From: Chrysomallon squamiferum
Lineage: Eukaryota; Animalia; Mollusca
Reading direction: 5' to 3'
Assembly: GCA_012295275.1 (NCBI GenBank)
Contig: CM022671.1
Span: 12,896,001 to 12,960,000 of the forward strand
DNA: 64,000 bases
Shown: in pieces, positions 15,701 through 28,792 of the stretch
Layout of the letters: each line of letters starts with the position of its first letter
How positions within the stretch are numbered: the first letter of the stretch is position 1
Notes under the pieces: model-generated
The model's database searches: none
Seen by the model: the letters and a program-made list of their open reading frames with translations, nothing else
Told to the model about the DNA's origin: nothing
Position numbers and translations under genes: made by a program

Positions 15701-17257
15701 AAGTTCCCCAAACTAAAATGCTATTTCATATACCATTTAAAAAAACGTAACGAAAATTCTTCTAACACATTTTAAGCAAATGCAGTTCAGCTTCAAACTT
15801 AAAAGGAATATTTCCAAGCAATGCCAAAGCAAAATTCAGTGATCATATTCCATACAAATACCTGCTGAATTTTTGGTATGGGAGAGGTGGGAAGTGCAGG
15901 AGGATTATCTTCTTTGGATGCCACTTCCGCTATATTGGAAGATGTATCCCAGTCACTGGCCTAGAAACACAACAGTTACAAAACCATAATTCATTCATTT
16001 TAAAAGACTGTTATATTTTGTATCATATATTATATTTGTTCCAGTAAATAAAATCTAATATTTAGAAGTTATTTAATTTTAAGCTTTTTTTAAAATTATT
16101 GATCAATTATAAATTATGCAGAGATTTGGCATACAGAAAATAGAAAGCTCAGTAATAATTTGAGAGACCTCATCTGGTGATGGAACATATTGTTTCTCCT
16201 TCACTAAGATATCACTTTCACAACTTTCCTGTAAAATTAAAAGAATTAAAACTACATACTTTAAGCAAAGATACAAAACTTTTTACACATGCTCTCATCA
16301 AAGGTGGATAAAAAAAAGTAACAATAAAATTTAAAAAAATCAGTCAGACAAGCTCTTAACAGGACAAAGATCATTAAATTCATGGCATATGATTTGTTTT
16401 TTAAAAAAAGAGACATGTGCTAATAATTAATTGGAATGTATTCACTGAGAAACAACATGCAATTATAAAATACTCTTTATTTTAGTCAACTGTTTCAACA
16501 CTTATACATAGATTTTGCTGTTATTATAGAAATCAAAGTTTCTTTTATTAGTCTGCTTCCTTTCTGCTCAAACTGAAGACAAACAACCAGAAAGGGATAT
16601 GAATAAAACTAAAACAGTCTGTAGAAAACATTCTGAAATAATCTCTGTTCATTTTGTTTTTAATGCAAAAGTACATTAAAAAAATGTTAACTATTACATG
16701 ACATTATTTGACAATACATATATATATACACACACACACACACACATGTATGTGGAATTATGGTAATAGAAAAACAAAGATTGGTTTCAACAAAATATAA
16801 AACCTTGCTCCAATTTTTCAAGATGCCTGGTCGAGAATGGCCTTTTTGATCTGATGGTACAGTTGAGTCCCACTCACTATCATGGCCACTACAACTCGAA
16901 GGTCGCACTGGTTCAGCAGATTCTACTTTAGCTAGATCAGCACCTGACATTTCACTACTCAAGTCAGCATCACTGTTTTCATCATGATCTATTATGCCAA
17001 GATCTTCCAAAAATGCTTTTATAAAATTAAATAATAAAATTATAAATCAAAATTTTTACAATCTCCTTCAGCATAAAGCAGATGGCAATACTAATTATTT
17101 TGCCAGTTTTAAAATATACAGAGTGAAAAGTGACTTTTAGAAATAAGAGCATAGTATATTTAGTTAAAGCAGATTCAAATGTGATTCAGTAAATAATTCA
17201 ATGATTGAAAATAGTATAAAAAAAAATGGACTAAATCATCTATAATTTTTATTGTTG

Positions 17258-17291
<34 letters not shown>

Positions 17292-17718
17292 GACAAAAGT
17301 TATATATTTGTTCATTTGGAAACAATTTAATTGAAATTTATATTTATTTCACATCTCCTCTCCAAAATATCAAAACAAATTCTACTCTGCTAGCTCTAAG
17401 TAATGAAATTGAAAGTATATTTCATTTTAAAATAATAAGTCAAAGAATAAGACAGAGATAATGTTTTCAGTTCTAGAACTGTCACAATAATTAGCTAAAA
17501 TGAAACAAATTAAAAAGAAAAGGCAGCAAACAAAATGAAATGCATAAACAAATTTAAATGCAACCATGAAAATAAGTGAAAAATTAATAGGTGCAAACAA
17601 ACTAGCTATCCATAATTTTCATATATATATATATATATATAAAACAATTTAATTTTATTTTGTCATCATTTTTAAAAAGAAAAACAAAGAAATAAATTTG
17701 TTATCTTTTGATGATGAA

Positions 17719-17767
<49 letters not shown>

Positions 17768-20700
17768 TTTTCTTAATGATTGTAATAAAGATTAAAGCAA
17801 GCTGATCAGAGTATAGTTGTTTTGGTGAGGTTTGTTTGTTCTTTTTAGAAAACAAAGAAGAAGAAACGATATTCAGGTTATATGACTAAAAAAAATCATG
17901 ATTTATTATTTTATAGAAACTAAACAGATTTAGCCAGATTTAACAAACTAGGGTATTTAAATGGCTTCCACAGTTTTCTTAATAACAAACCATAAAAATA
18001 TGAATATACACTCAAAATCTACTGTTAAAGGATCTAACATAAAAAGATTTCAAATTAAAATAATGCTGATAATTTTAAAATCCTATCTGCTTTAAAAGAC
18101 TAAATTACTTTTAAAGCCACAATTAAAATTTTTGTTATCTTATAGCATTATCTAATTATCAGTGAATTATGTTTTAATATATTATATCCAAATACATAAT
18201 CAACAGGAAAGTAGATGTAGATAATAAGCATTACTTATTTATTTATTTACAATTTCTAGTTTAATTTACAAATATATTACTTGTTAACAGTTTCAATTCA
18301 ATTACTAACTTAAAAAAAAGAAGAAATATTATTTAAAGAAAAAACACAAAAATAAGAATATCAAACAACAGAAAACACAAACACGTACCATTCTTCTGCT
18401 TCTGTGCTGTTTAAGGGGGAAAGTAAACATGCTTTTATAAAATAATTTTCAAAGTTATAGATGTTTTCATGAAGGAAATAAAATTTGTTTCAACTGACAA
18501 GAGTTTCAGGCTGTATTAATACAGTGGTACCTTGACTTACGAGCACACCAACTTAAGAGTTTTTCAAGTTATGAGCAGTCTTTTGGTCAGTTTTTTGCTT
18601 TGAGTTGCAAGCCAAAATCCAAGTTACAAGCGAGTTTCAGATATGCCACTGCTAGTTGGCGCAATGAAGAATATAACATCTGGCAAACACCCGCATCTCA
18701 CTTGTTTATTTCACCTGGTTAACTGCCATGGAAGCATCTCTGTTGTGTTGTCCTTGCGTTTTGAGCCGTATTTTGCCAAATTTCTTTTTTCTGGCCGTGG
18801 ATCCTAAGAAAGTGAGTGCAAAGGACAGTGCTGAGAAGAAGAAGCAGATGTTGTCCATTGAATTAAAGCTTAAATTCATAGAAAAACATGAATGAGGTGT
18901 GCATATAGTCAATTTGGCTAGGCAATACGAGTGTAGTATTCCTACAATATGAACCATTCTGAATCTGAAGGAGTTGATAAAGGCTGTAACTCCAGCCAAA
19001 GGTGTTAAAATAATGTGCCTGATCTCCAAGATAAATACACTTTACAAAACCAATTTATTTCTTTACCTTCTCTTTTATTTTGTTGTTATAAAATATTTGT
19101 AATTTATAAAAATGTTTTTGAAAAAAAAAAAAAGAAAAAAAAAAGGGTTGTCTTTGGATGGCTGGAATGGATTAATGGTAATTCAATTAATTTCAGTTGG
19201 GAAAATTGATTTGATTTATCAGCAAATTGAGATACAAGCTTGGTTACGGAATGAATTAAACTCGTACGTCAAGGTGCCACTGTACTAGTTTTAATTTTTC
19301 TCAAAAACATATTATTGAACCAAATTACATTTAAACAAGCAATATTAAAATATTATGTTTATGCTATGTTTTCTTTAACTGTAGTATCATCTGTTTCCAT
19401 GCTATGGTGAAAAAAGAATAACGGTAACATACAAGAACCAACAAAGTTGGAATGAATCCATGTGGACTGCAAACTTTATGGCAACAATAATTACTGATAA
19501 CTCTACTTTTCAAATATATGTATTTACTACTTCTGTCCTTACCTCTTTGTTTTTCTGGTGATAAAGCTGATAATCCTGTACTGCCTGCTAAACCTGAAGG
19601 GACATATTGAGATGATACTGAAGGTTTTGATGTCTAGAATGAAAAACATTTATTAAAAGTATCAGTACAAAAATGTCATTAATTCATATAAAACATTCTT
19701 TTTCCCCCCAGAAAGGTTGGAGGCATTCTGTTCTGAAAACAATGGTTACTTTTTTTCAGACAATAGCTACATTTAGTGCCTAAAAGAGTTGAAATTTAAA
19801 AAAAAAAAAAACCATTTATTAATTTTTTTTTTTATTATTATCATCACATTTATTTTAGCAAATTTGCTATGAAGAAGATTAGGCAAGATGTAGCTTAACA
19901 GGCAAATGAGTATGATTGATCTCTGCCAGTGGCTTACAACACTGAAACATCAAAATTATCTTCAGCCTGTAAACCTTTTGATGGCCAGTAACAGCAATAC
20001 ATCAAAGCCAACATTAACCTTTCAATGAAGGGGAAAAAAACATGCATAGAAAAATGGTACCTTTGAAAGATCTGCAGAATGTTGATCATCTTCAGACTGC
20101 ATACTCTAAAAACAATTTAAAGTATAATTCAGTATTAATTATTTTGCAGGTTAATTGCTTTTGATAATAAATATACACATAACATCAAAGTAAAACCATT
20201 TAATTAATTTATTTTTTATTGAATCTAGTAATACATGTATTATAATTAAGAAAATAAATAAAATTATTATAAAATGGTAAAAATTGTAATTACAAAGTTA
20301 TGAATCTGTGACAATTCCTCATCTTTCTTGAACTGGACACGTGATGGATTACGTTTTGGTGAAGATAAATCATCTTGCAGCGACCAGTCATCTTCGACTG
20401 AAGTCTGAGAATGAAGAGACTTTGTGGAATCATGTTTTTTCACAGATGTACCCATTCTGTCCTCTTCTTCCTCGTCAACTCGTGGAAACTTTGCAGCTTT
20501 TGGTGTTGCAGCAGATTCCGATGCTTAATAAATATTTTAACTTTTTTAATTGCAACTGGTTAAAATGAAATTAATTTACTTTTAAGTTATATTACAAATT
20601 CATAGAAAGTTAATAAATCTGAAACAAATAATCTGCTTTAACAATTATGTATTTTAACAAACTGAAGTAATTATAAATATAATATTTTTATGTGCATTTG

Positions 20701-22480
20701 TCTACCTATTTTAAAATATTGCTGCTAACTGCTTAATTTTTTATTAAGTGGAAATGCCTTACCATCACTATCTGATATGTTTTTTACCAGTTTAGATAAG
20801 TCAATCCTAGGAAATCCAGATTGCTGTAAATAAAATAGTTTTAAAATAAACTATAAATTTAAAGTCTTTTGAATTTAAGAAGCATTAAACAATCTTGTAT
20901 AAAATCATTTTTTTTTTTTTTTTTTTGCCAATGTTAAAAAAGAAGGAAATCCAGTTCAAAAAACAATATTTTATTTTCAAACAATTCATTATTATTTATT
21001 AATATAAATATAAAATATAAATATAAATAAAAAATAAAAACCATATCCACATTAGATAAAACTTTTTAAAACCAAAAAATTTCCTAAATAATGCAACACA
21101 CACTGTATATATAAAAACTAGATTATATATTCTATTTTTCTTCAAATGTGCTCTGGAAAAAATGTCAACTGATAAAGAAACAGGAAAATAGATTTGATTT
21201 AACAATAAGATTATAATAAAACAAGATCTGAAAACATCAAAAATCTCTTCTGTGCAATTAATTCTAAGATAAAAAAAACAAAAAATATATACATGTAATT
21301 AGTGCACTTAGCAAAGCGATATACCATCAGTGAGCAACATCTTTGTTATTTTGCACAACAAATCTTTTATAAGACATTTTCCACTACATCAGATAGATGA
21401 AAACACAGATGCTTAAGAAAGAAACAGAAAATAGAGTAATGTACCTTTGACTTATCATCCTGTGCAAGACTAATATCTGTATCATCACCCCATGAATCAT
21501 CATTACATGCTGCTGCACCAACAGCAGAAATCTTACTAGTTTCCTCTGGGGAGTCGTCCTCTTAAAAACACAAAATAGACTATTGAGAGCCATTAGTTGC
21601 TTTCATTTATTTTAAACACTAATCTGTTCATATGTAAAGAGGATTTTAAAATAAAAATATGCATTTATTAAGCATTTATATATATAAAAATACGCACATA
21701 TACCATTAAAATTTAAAAAAGAATTGTAATTTATTTATTAATATCTTTTCACACAAACCATCTGATGCATTTATTAGTAAAAATATTCCAATTTTATCAT
21801 TTTTAATCAGTAAACATTTACCTTCAGCATCCACTGCTGGTGCTCCAAGCAAAGGTGCATCTTTATCTCTAGGTGTACCAGATAGGCTTGAAGGCACAGA
21901 ACTTAATCGAGGAGTGCTTGAGGCACTAGTACGGTTGTGAATATGATTGTAATCTGCTATGAGCTGTGAGCAGACATGATGTCCCTTAATCATAGCCCAG
22001 TCATCTGCTTTCCAATCTGTCATTATGAAAAATCATTAATAATAAAGCAATCAAAAACTAATTGATTATTAAAAGTAATTTGTTCAGGTGTAGAGTACCT
22101 TTCTTCAAACCTTTAAATCTGTAGCTGAAGATTTTCAAATTTGTTTAAGACTATGAAAATCCAATAAAAAGAATAATAAAATATGTTCTTGAGTTTCTCT
22201 GTACACTAATGTCATAGTTACAATATAAATAAGCATCCAAGTACATAAATTGAAAAATAACATTATTTTAGTTCACAAAATAAACTATAAATATCTGCAA
22301 AGATCAATGTAATTTAATATAAAACTAAATTAGTGCATTGATATTTCTTTTTTGTCTTATTACAAAACAACTGTTAAAAGGTAAATGTGTTTTGTTGTAG
22401 CTACAATAAACAGTGTTCTATTACATATTATATATAATTACATATATATATATATATATATATATAACCTTCACGTACAA

Positions 22481-22513
<33 letters not shown>

Positions 22514-25500
22514 GATAAAGAAAGTTTATTTGAAATTTATATCATGAAATTATTTTAACTATCTATAAACATAATTCACTTAAATTTGAATATTGAAATG
22601 CCATCTTTTAACAATGTTGCATGAAATAGGATAAACAAATTTTTTATTAGTGTCTGCTGTCAAACATGTTAATAAACCTGGTATTACTAATAATATAATA
22701 TCTGTCAGTGTTTGGAAAAAGGATAAAAAAGACAATATTAATGCTTAAGTGCTAGTGATAAAAATAAAAGCTAGATGTTGAGACAAAAACAAGAGATTAT
22801 TTAACAATATGTTACGTTTTTCATCCTCCACTTCAGTGTCTGCCTTGAATGAAAGAAGAAGTTGAACAAGATCACGTGAACCATCTTCACAAGCCTTCAT
22901 TAATGGAGTTCTGAAAATAAAATTGTTTACTCAGAGATAACTAAAATTTACTATTAAAGAATTAAATCTTCTAACAAATTAAAACTCTGAAATTGTTATT
23001 ATCTTTTCCCCCAATGTTTAATTTGTTATGCATTTCTAAAGTAATTATATAAATAAACCAGGTCAATCAGTATCCCTTATTTAATATGGTAATATTAATT
23101 GCAACCATCCCTTGATGTGCATGATACAAAATTTCAGCAACAGCTTGAGCACTACTGCAGAATGTTATGAATAAAAGTAAGCTTAAACTATTCAACAATT
23201 TGATAACTTTTTATTTAAAAGTGAATAAATATTGTTGAAACTAGTGCTTTGAATTTAATAATCATTTAGGTATTTCCCTCTTTTATTTTCCTTACTAGAG
23301 AAGTAATATTAAATATACCTAAGTAACTGAATTTTGTTCAGTCAACATTTGATTGAGCATTAATTGTTATATTTGATTAATTCAATTTCAATATATGCTG
23401 GAATATCAATGAATTAATTAAGGGATAGCTGTAATTGTAAAAGAAATAAAACATTAGCATACCTGTTATGTTCATCAGCTATGTCAACTAGTGCACCTTG
23501 CTTCAACAACATCTGACAAACTGCTTCATGTTTGCCCATCACAGCCAAATGCAGCGGACTCAGACCGTGCTAAATACCAAAAACACAACTTTGTCAAACT
23601 GCTTTGTATGACCAAAACCATGTAAAGAATTATGTTTCTAACCCAACTGAAATGAATCAGTCAAAATGTTGCTTAGCATTTATTATAAATTTTAGAAATG
23701 TCTCAGTATTTTAATACTATAGTATAGAAAAGGAAGGAAAAATGAAATTCCATTAAACAATGTAATAAGGGTAAATACTGTAAGCAGGCAGCAGCCAAAT
23801 TTTCTAAATTTATATCTATTTTCATTTTTTGTTAGTTAAAAAGAACTTCTGAATATAAATAAAAAAAAAAAAATGTATTGTTATCATTCTTACCTTTTGA
23901 GATATGAAGTTTTGAATACAGACTGTGACAGCATAAGCAAACATGATTTGAGCATTTTCAGGCACTCATAACAAACATTAATTTAATTAACAAATGACAG
24001 TGACCATGTACTGAGATCTGTGTTACTATCATAAGAAATATCTCACAAATTTTCAAGGATCATTATGCAAAATTAAAAAAATGTTCTTATGAAAATGCGA
24101 AAAACAAATGTGCAAAAACACCATTTTTGACAGTGTCTCATTCCATTTCTGACAATCAGTGTTGTCTTGAAAGTACTCCATCTAGAGAGTACCTGTAATT
24201 TTTTGGAAAAAAATTATCATTGTATTCTGTTTGATGATACAATCCTCCAAACTTGAGTACAAGACCAGAATGACTTGTGTGGACATAAATAGATAATCAC
24301 CACATAGTAAAAAACATAAATGGTCATAACATAAAAAGTATCATACATATTTGCTTCAAATTTTGCATGAATAAAGACAATAGATTGTTCTATCATTAAC
24401 TTCAATTTCAAACATGATAAGTGCAGTACTGAGCTCAGTTTGTATTTGGCACTTACATGATAGCTATAATTTATAAGGTAGCATGCAACTGTAATACTGA
24501 ACTACAAGCCAGCATATGTTGAACTAACATAACACTTTCATATCACATGTGATGATTATCTGACAGTGAATCAGATGCATAAAGTATGAACTTCTGATTT
24601 ATTAGTTGCATTTTGATCATGTACTTTTCTATGACCTTTGCCTTCCAGACACATCTGTGTCTTTTGCTGGACCTAAAAATACATCATAGTACATTTTTTG
24701 AATTTCTTTCTATAAATTGAATAAACAAAATAATAAGTTTCAGTAATTAACACTGAAAGTGAAGCAATGAATAGGAGATATACTCTCACTTTCAAGTACC
24801 AACTGAAGACAAATGTGGTGAAATTTATGGAAACACCCCTGAAATTCAATTATTTTAAGATCTAAAGAGTATTTTTCATTTCTAAACAAAATAAAAGACA
24901 AGTGTACAAGACTATCATTGTTGATGCCACAATCCACTTCAGCAGTAAAAAGTGAATAAACCATTTCTTTTTAAGTGGACAGGACTGCCTGTATATTTTT
25001 TTAAGTTCTGTTACACTTCTTTTGTAGAGTAGAATATGTTCAAAATTATTAGATAAAAATAAAATGAATTCTTGAATAAATTTTCAAGAAACATTAATTA
25101 AATGATTGTGATAACCGGCCTACTGAGATGGTGTTGAATTTGATCAAAAATGAGGATCAAAGTAAATTATTGTGATAACTGGCCTACTGAGGTGGTGCTG
25201 AATTCAAACACTAATCAAGATCAAATTCACTGTGTACTGTGTGCTCCAAGCCTTTTTGGATCAAAAATTGTCAATTGATCAGTGGTAACAGTCATAATAC
25301 AGTCAAAGTTATACTTAGTACAAATTACCATTCAAAAGGAAATTGAACAATCTTGTTACCAGAAATGTTGGCATAAATTCAATGCAACATATCATAATTT
25401 AAGTCTGAACACGTTTTTTCATAGAAAAACATGGTTATTTTTCTTTTGTTCTCATCTCGCTATATATCATTAGAACAAATGTTAAAAATATGTGATTTGG

Positions 25501-27421
25501 ATATTTTGTATGTGATTAGTTGAAATGTAACTGTCTGCTACTACCTACTATAAGCATAGTTATGTAAAATATCTAACATATTAACATTAAAAGGAAAGTT
25601 TAATAAAAAGTCGGGTAATATACTGTTAACAACTGCACTGACAGAAGTTGTATATTAGATACATTACAAATTTTAAAAATAAATTAATGGTCATACCTTG
25701 TTCTTTACATTCAGATCAATGTCCTTCTTAATCAACAATCTCAGTATATCCAAATTACCATCTTGTGCAACCATATGCAGACAAGTATTTCCTTCTTCAT
25801 CTTTAACATTTAATTCAGGTCTTTCAGAAAGCAAACAATCCACACAATCCTTATGTCCACATTCCACTGCCTGGATAATAACAAAATGAACACAAAAAAC
25901 TGTATTATTATTGTGAATATTAAAACATCAATTTAAAGAAATAAATATATATATTTTATTATAATTATATCAAAAATTAATAGTTATTTATTGACAGATT
26001 TTTGAAAGTAATATGATTCAAATATAACACAAAAAAACCTTCATAAGTGGGGTCTTGGCTTGATTGTCCCCCACATTTAGTTTTGCTCTCCATTCCACCA
26101 GCAGCTGAACAATTTCTGCATTTCCCTTTGCACATGCCAGATGAAGAGGAGTTCTTTGAAAAATTAAAAAGAAATATTAATGTATCATCTTAATTCATAG
26201 CGATACAAAAAATTATAAAAAATAATATATAATGATGTTAATCTTTCTGAAAACATAAATACATCAAATACAGTGTCTTCAGTTCAAAATATTTTGCATA
26301 TTTAATAATAATAATTTACTTAGAAATAATAAGAGGTTTATTACTTAATTTCAGAAATAACTGGACAGAAGGAAAAAAATATATTTGTTTGGTGTTATTA
26401 TTTTTTTTATTATTTGAATGGTATTAAAAAAATATACTCAGATTATAACAACTACCCAGAATAAAACAAAACATTCAGTGTTGTATAATCAAATAATATA
26501 AAGCAATAATTTCATCTTCCCTTTATTTTATATATGAAACAGGATATATCTGGATTATATATTTTAACAATCATCTGAACATATTCTGGAATTTCAGTAA
26601 TGCAATACTAATAGTGATATAATTAAAGTAAGAATACTTACTGTAGATTACACTGATAATGATAACTTAAACTGATTATCATCCTTTCTATTTATTATTA
26701 TTACTTGTACCTGCCGTTGCCAACATCACAACATTTATACTGAGAATGTGATCATTACCATAACAATCTGAATGGTATTCAGACTTTCTCATGTTTGTTT
26801 CAAATTCAAATTATAAATAAGAAGTTGATAAAACAGTTCAAAATGATACATATAAAAAATAGATATATTCTAATTGTAATTTTTAACTGACAAGAAAGAA
26901 GAAAAATAGTGCCTAATCGGTTACTGTTGGACCATTTAAAGCTAAGATTGTTCAGTTAAAAAAAAAACACCACAGTAATAATAATAATAATACTATTATT
27001 TTCAGATTTTTCAACAAGATTTAATTATTACTTATACTAGTTATAGTTATACACTGTATATAAACTAATTTGAACAGTTACCAGTGAAAAAGATGAAATT
27101 AGTTTATATATGAGGAATAAATAATAACCAAGTCTTTTCAAAAATTTGGAAAGTAATATATATTTTTTAATATATATATATATTTAATTACCTATTTTCT
27201 TTATCTAATGGGCAAGGGTCTTTTTTAGCCAACTGTTTCACTTTAGCGATATCTCCTGTCCATACAGCTTTGTGCAATTTTCCCAGTTCTTTTTCTTTAA
27301 TATTATAACCAATGCTTCGTAAAGCTAACAAATTAGATTGTGCACCTAACTGAGGAGATGCACCCTGCGGTCGTCCTTTGGCAGGAGATTTACTCCTCAA
27401 GTTTTTGAAAAATTTCTTCAT
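114..27421 (-). CDS. ANKRD26: ANKRD26-like protein (N-terminal ankyrin repeats, long acidic linker, C-terminal coiled coil); 3' end lies beyond the window start
   Basis: Hand-assembled GT-AG exons, all phase-consistent (1387 codons in window): 27192-27421, 26039-26153, 25697-25870, 23463-23569, 22816-22910, 21822-22016, 21445-21560, 20763-20823, 20294-20523, 20061-20105, 19543-19633, 18389-18406, 16804-17015, 16169-16228, 15862-15960, 15218-15292, 14663-14812, 11712-11777, 10901-11029, 10123-10263, 9219-9644, 8803-8844, 8184-8281, 7499-7807, 7042-7223, 6649-6781, 6353-6433, 3405-3503, 1835-1919, 985-1104, 584-655, 114-218. The start MKKFF...GYNIKEKELGKLHKAVWTGD...DKENRTPLHLACAKG and the DSSSLLKIQ at the coiled-coil start resemble ANKRD26 as I recall it. 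Short middle exons are less certain. Confidence 0.85.
10383..10708. mobile_element. Degenerate hAT-type MITE containing a near-perfect internal tandem duplication
   Basis: Left end CTGTGATTCTCAACCT and right end AAGTTGAATATCCAATG resemble CAGTGGTTCTCAACCT-type hAT termini. Units 10392-10510 and 10511-10630 differ by one extra T. Confidence 0.5.
12884..14469. mobile_element. Non-autonomous hAT element hosting a nested Tc1 element
   Basis: TIRs CATGGGTTGCCAAG and TTTGGCAACCCCTA. The 8-bp flanks ATCTAAAA (12876-12883) and ATCTAAAC (14470-14477) match at 7 of 8 positions, as expected for a hAT TSD. Confidence 0.7.
13183..14200 (+). mobile_element. Internally deleted, decayed Tc1/mariner transposon
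   Basis: TIRs TACCTATGGAAATAAATATGCAACATC and GATGTTGCTCATTTAATTTCCATTTGTA. Remnant transposase motifs RPGRP...T..EDRALLRLVR (~13565-13627) and WPAMSPDLNPIEH (~13687-13725), with stops upstream. Confidence 0.85.
18522..19282 (+). mobile_element. Tigger/pogo-family non-autonomous element with truncated CENP-B-type HTH coding remnant
   Basis: TIRs CAGTGGTACCTTGACTTACGAG and CTCGTACGTCAAGGTGCCACTG, flanked by TA on both sides. Internal frame DPKKVSAKDSAEKKKQMLSIELKLKFIEKHE*GVHIVNLARQYECSIPTI*TIL...IKAVTPAKGV. Confidence 0.9.
21822..27421 (-). CDS. ANKRD26: Ankyrin-repeat-encoding exons 1-6 of the ANKRD26-like gene
   Basis: Translations RTPLHLACAKGNAEIVQLLVE, KTPLMKAVECGHKDCVDCLL, GNTCLHMVAQDGNLDILRLLI, GLSPLHLAVMGKHEAVCQMLL and RTPLMKACEDGSRDLVQLLL match the ankyrin TPLH-x-A consensus. 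Confidence 0.95.
25105..25204. repeat. Diverged direct repeat, two copies 64 bp apart
   Basis: ATTGTGATAACCGGCCTACTGAGATGGTGTTGAATT (25105) and ATTGTGATAACTGGCCTACTGAGGTGGTGCTGAATT (25169). Confidence 0.8.
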
Positions 27422-27464
27422 ATCTATCTTGTATCCAACAACGCTCAAAAATGACTTTCTTTAT

Positions 27465-27530
27465 TTTGAACATCCGGTTATCACTGCGATTGGGTAAAAA
27501 AAACCGGAACGAACCAACACAACCGACAGT
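27465..27530. promoter_or_regulatory. Putative (probably bidirectional) promoter upstream of ANKRD26-like
   Basis: Local CpG retention. ETS-like cores CATCCGG (27471) and ACCGGAA (27503) in opposite orientations flank GATTGG (a CCAAT box), about 50-90 bp upstream of the ATG. Confidence 0.5.
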
Positions 27531-28164
27531 GGTTTATTTTAATAATATTTATTCGTGTGCCATTTTCTTAATTACTACTTTAAATAATTTAGCTCAGATT
27601 TATTTCTCTCAATTTCTATTTTAACAATTTACGCTTTACTGAATCTAAAATCAGAAGGGTTTATGTATTTGTGTGTGTGCGTCATGGCTGAAACTAGACT
27701 TTTTCTAAAAAGAGGCAGAAACACAACAAATTGTAAATTATATATTTGTTTAAATAGATATTAAAAAACAAAACGGAAACGCACAGAGCAACACACACAC
27801 TCACACACACACGAAGCACTTCGTGACTATTCCATGGAGATACCAAAATATTTTATTAAGACTTAGACACGTAGAATGAAACTGAGCATTTGTTACACAG
27901 CGAACAGCTATTGCAACAAAAAAAAGAAGAGAATCCGACAATCAGTAAAATTTTACGATTATATATTCTTTTTGCGTGGCACGAACCTCATCTGACATGA
28001 ATGGAGGTAAGGTCATATTTGTCGCACGTGCAGTAAAACGATGTAACAACAAATAAAAGAAGTACTGATGAAGTCAGTATGCACATAATACAGAATGTGG
28101 TCAAAAGCAACCTATTTTTTTTTTTTTTTTCTGATTTTTATCCTTTTATACTGTAAAACGTATT

Positions 28165-28758
28165 AAATTTATATTTATTATTTTCCTAGAAGGCAAAATT
28201 AGATGAATTGTTAACAAATATATAAATAATATTTGGAACTCTTGCCATATTAACATACAAACAAAACAAAACAAGAAAAACACACCTGTCACTACATGTA
28301 GTATATACTAATTCAGTTTAATTTAAGTGATGACAACATTGTTATTTATAGAAATACAAGTATATTGGTTAAATGGAAAGAGTTCCGAATATTCCAACAT
28401 TGTGGTCTATCGATTTAATGAGAGGTTTTTTGGTGAAGGTTATGTAGAAAAGAGGGGGAATCCAAAGAAAGAAATAAAAATATTAAAACTGACCCTAACC
28501 CCAACACTAAAGCTAGATCTGACCCTTCTGTTTCAGTTGACAGAGGTAAGTGTTTAGAAAATAGTAGTATTTGGTTACTGTAGTTAATGGCATATTAGAA
28601 GGAAAGGATTCACCAGTTGATTGTTCTGGGGCGGATCTAGAGGTGGAGGTCCAAGGTGTTTGGACACCCCTCAAATTTGAGAAGTGCCCCTTTTATTTAG
28701 GAGTTTTAGGATTTTTACAAATTCATTTATTTAAAAAAAAAAAAAATTAAATTATTAT

Positions 28759-28792
<34 letters not shown>

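Noticed and set aside
28060-28140. Intronic C/D box snoRNA (TGATGA...CTGA)
   Set aside because: No terminal stem, and the D box is preceded by a poly-T run rather than a guide sequence.
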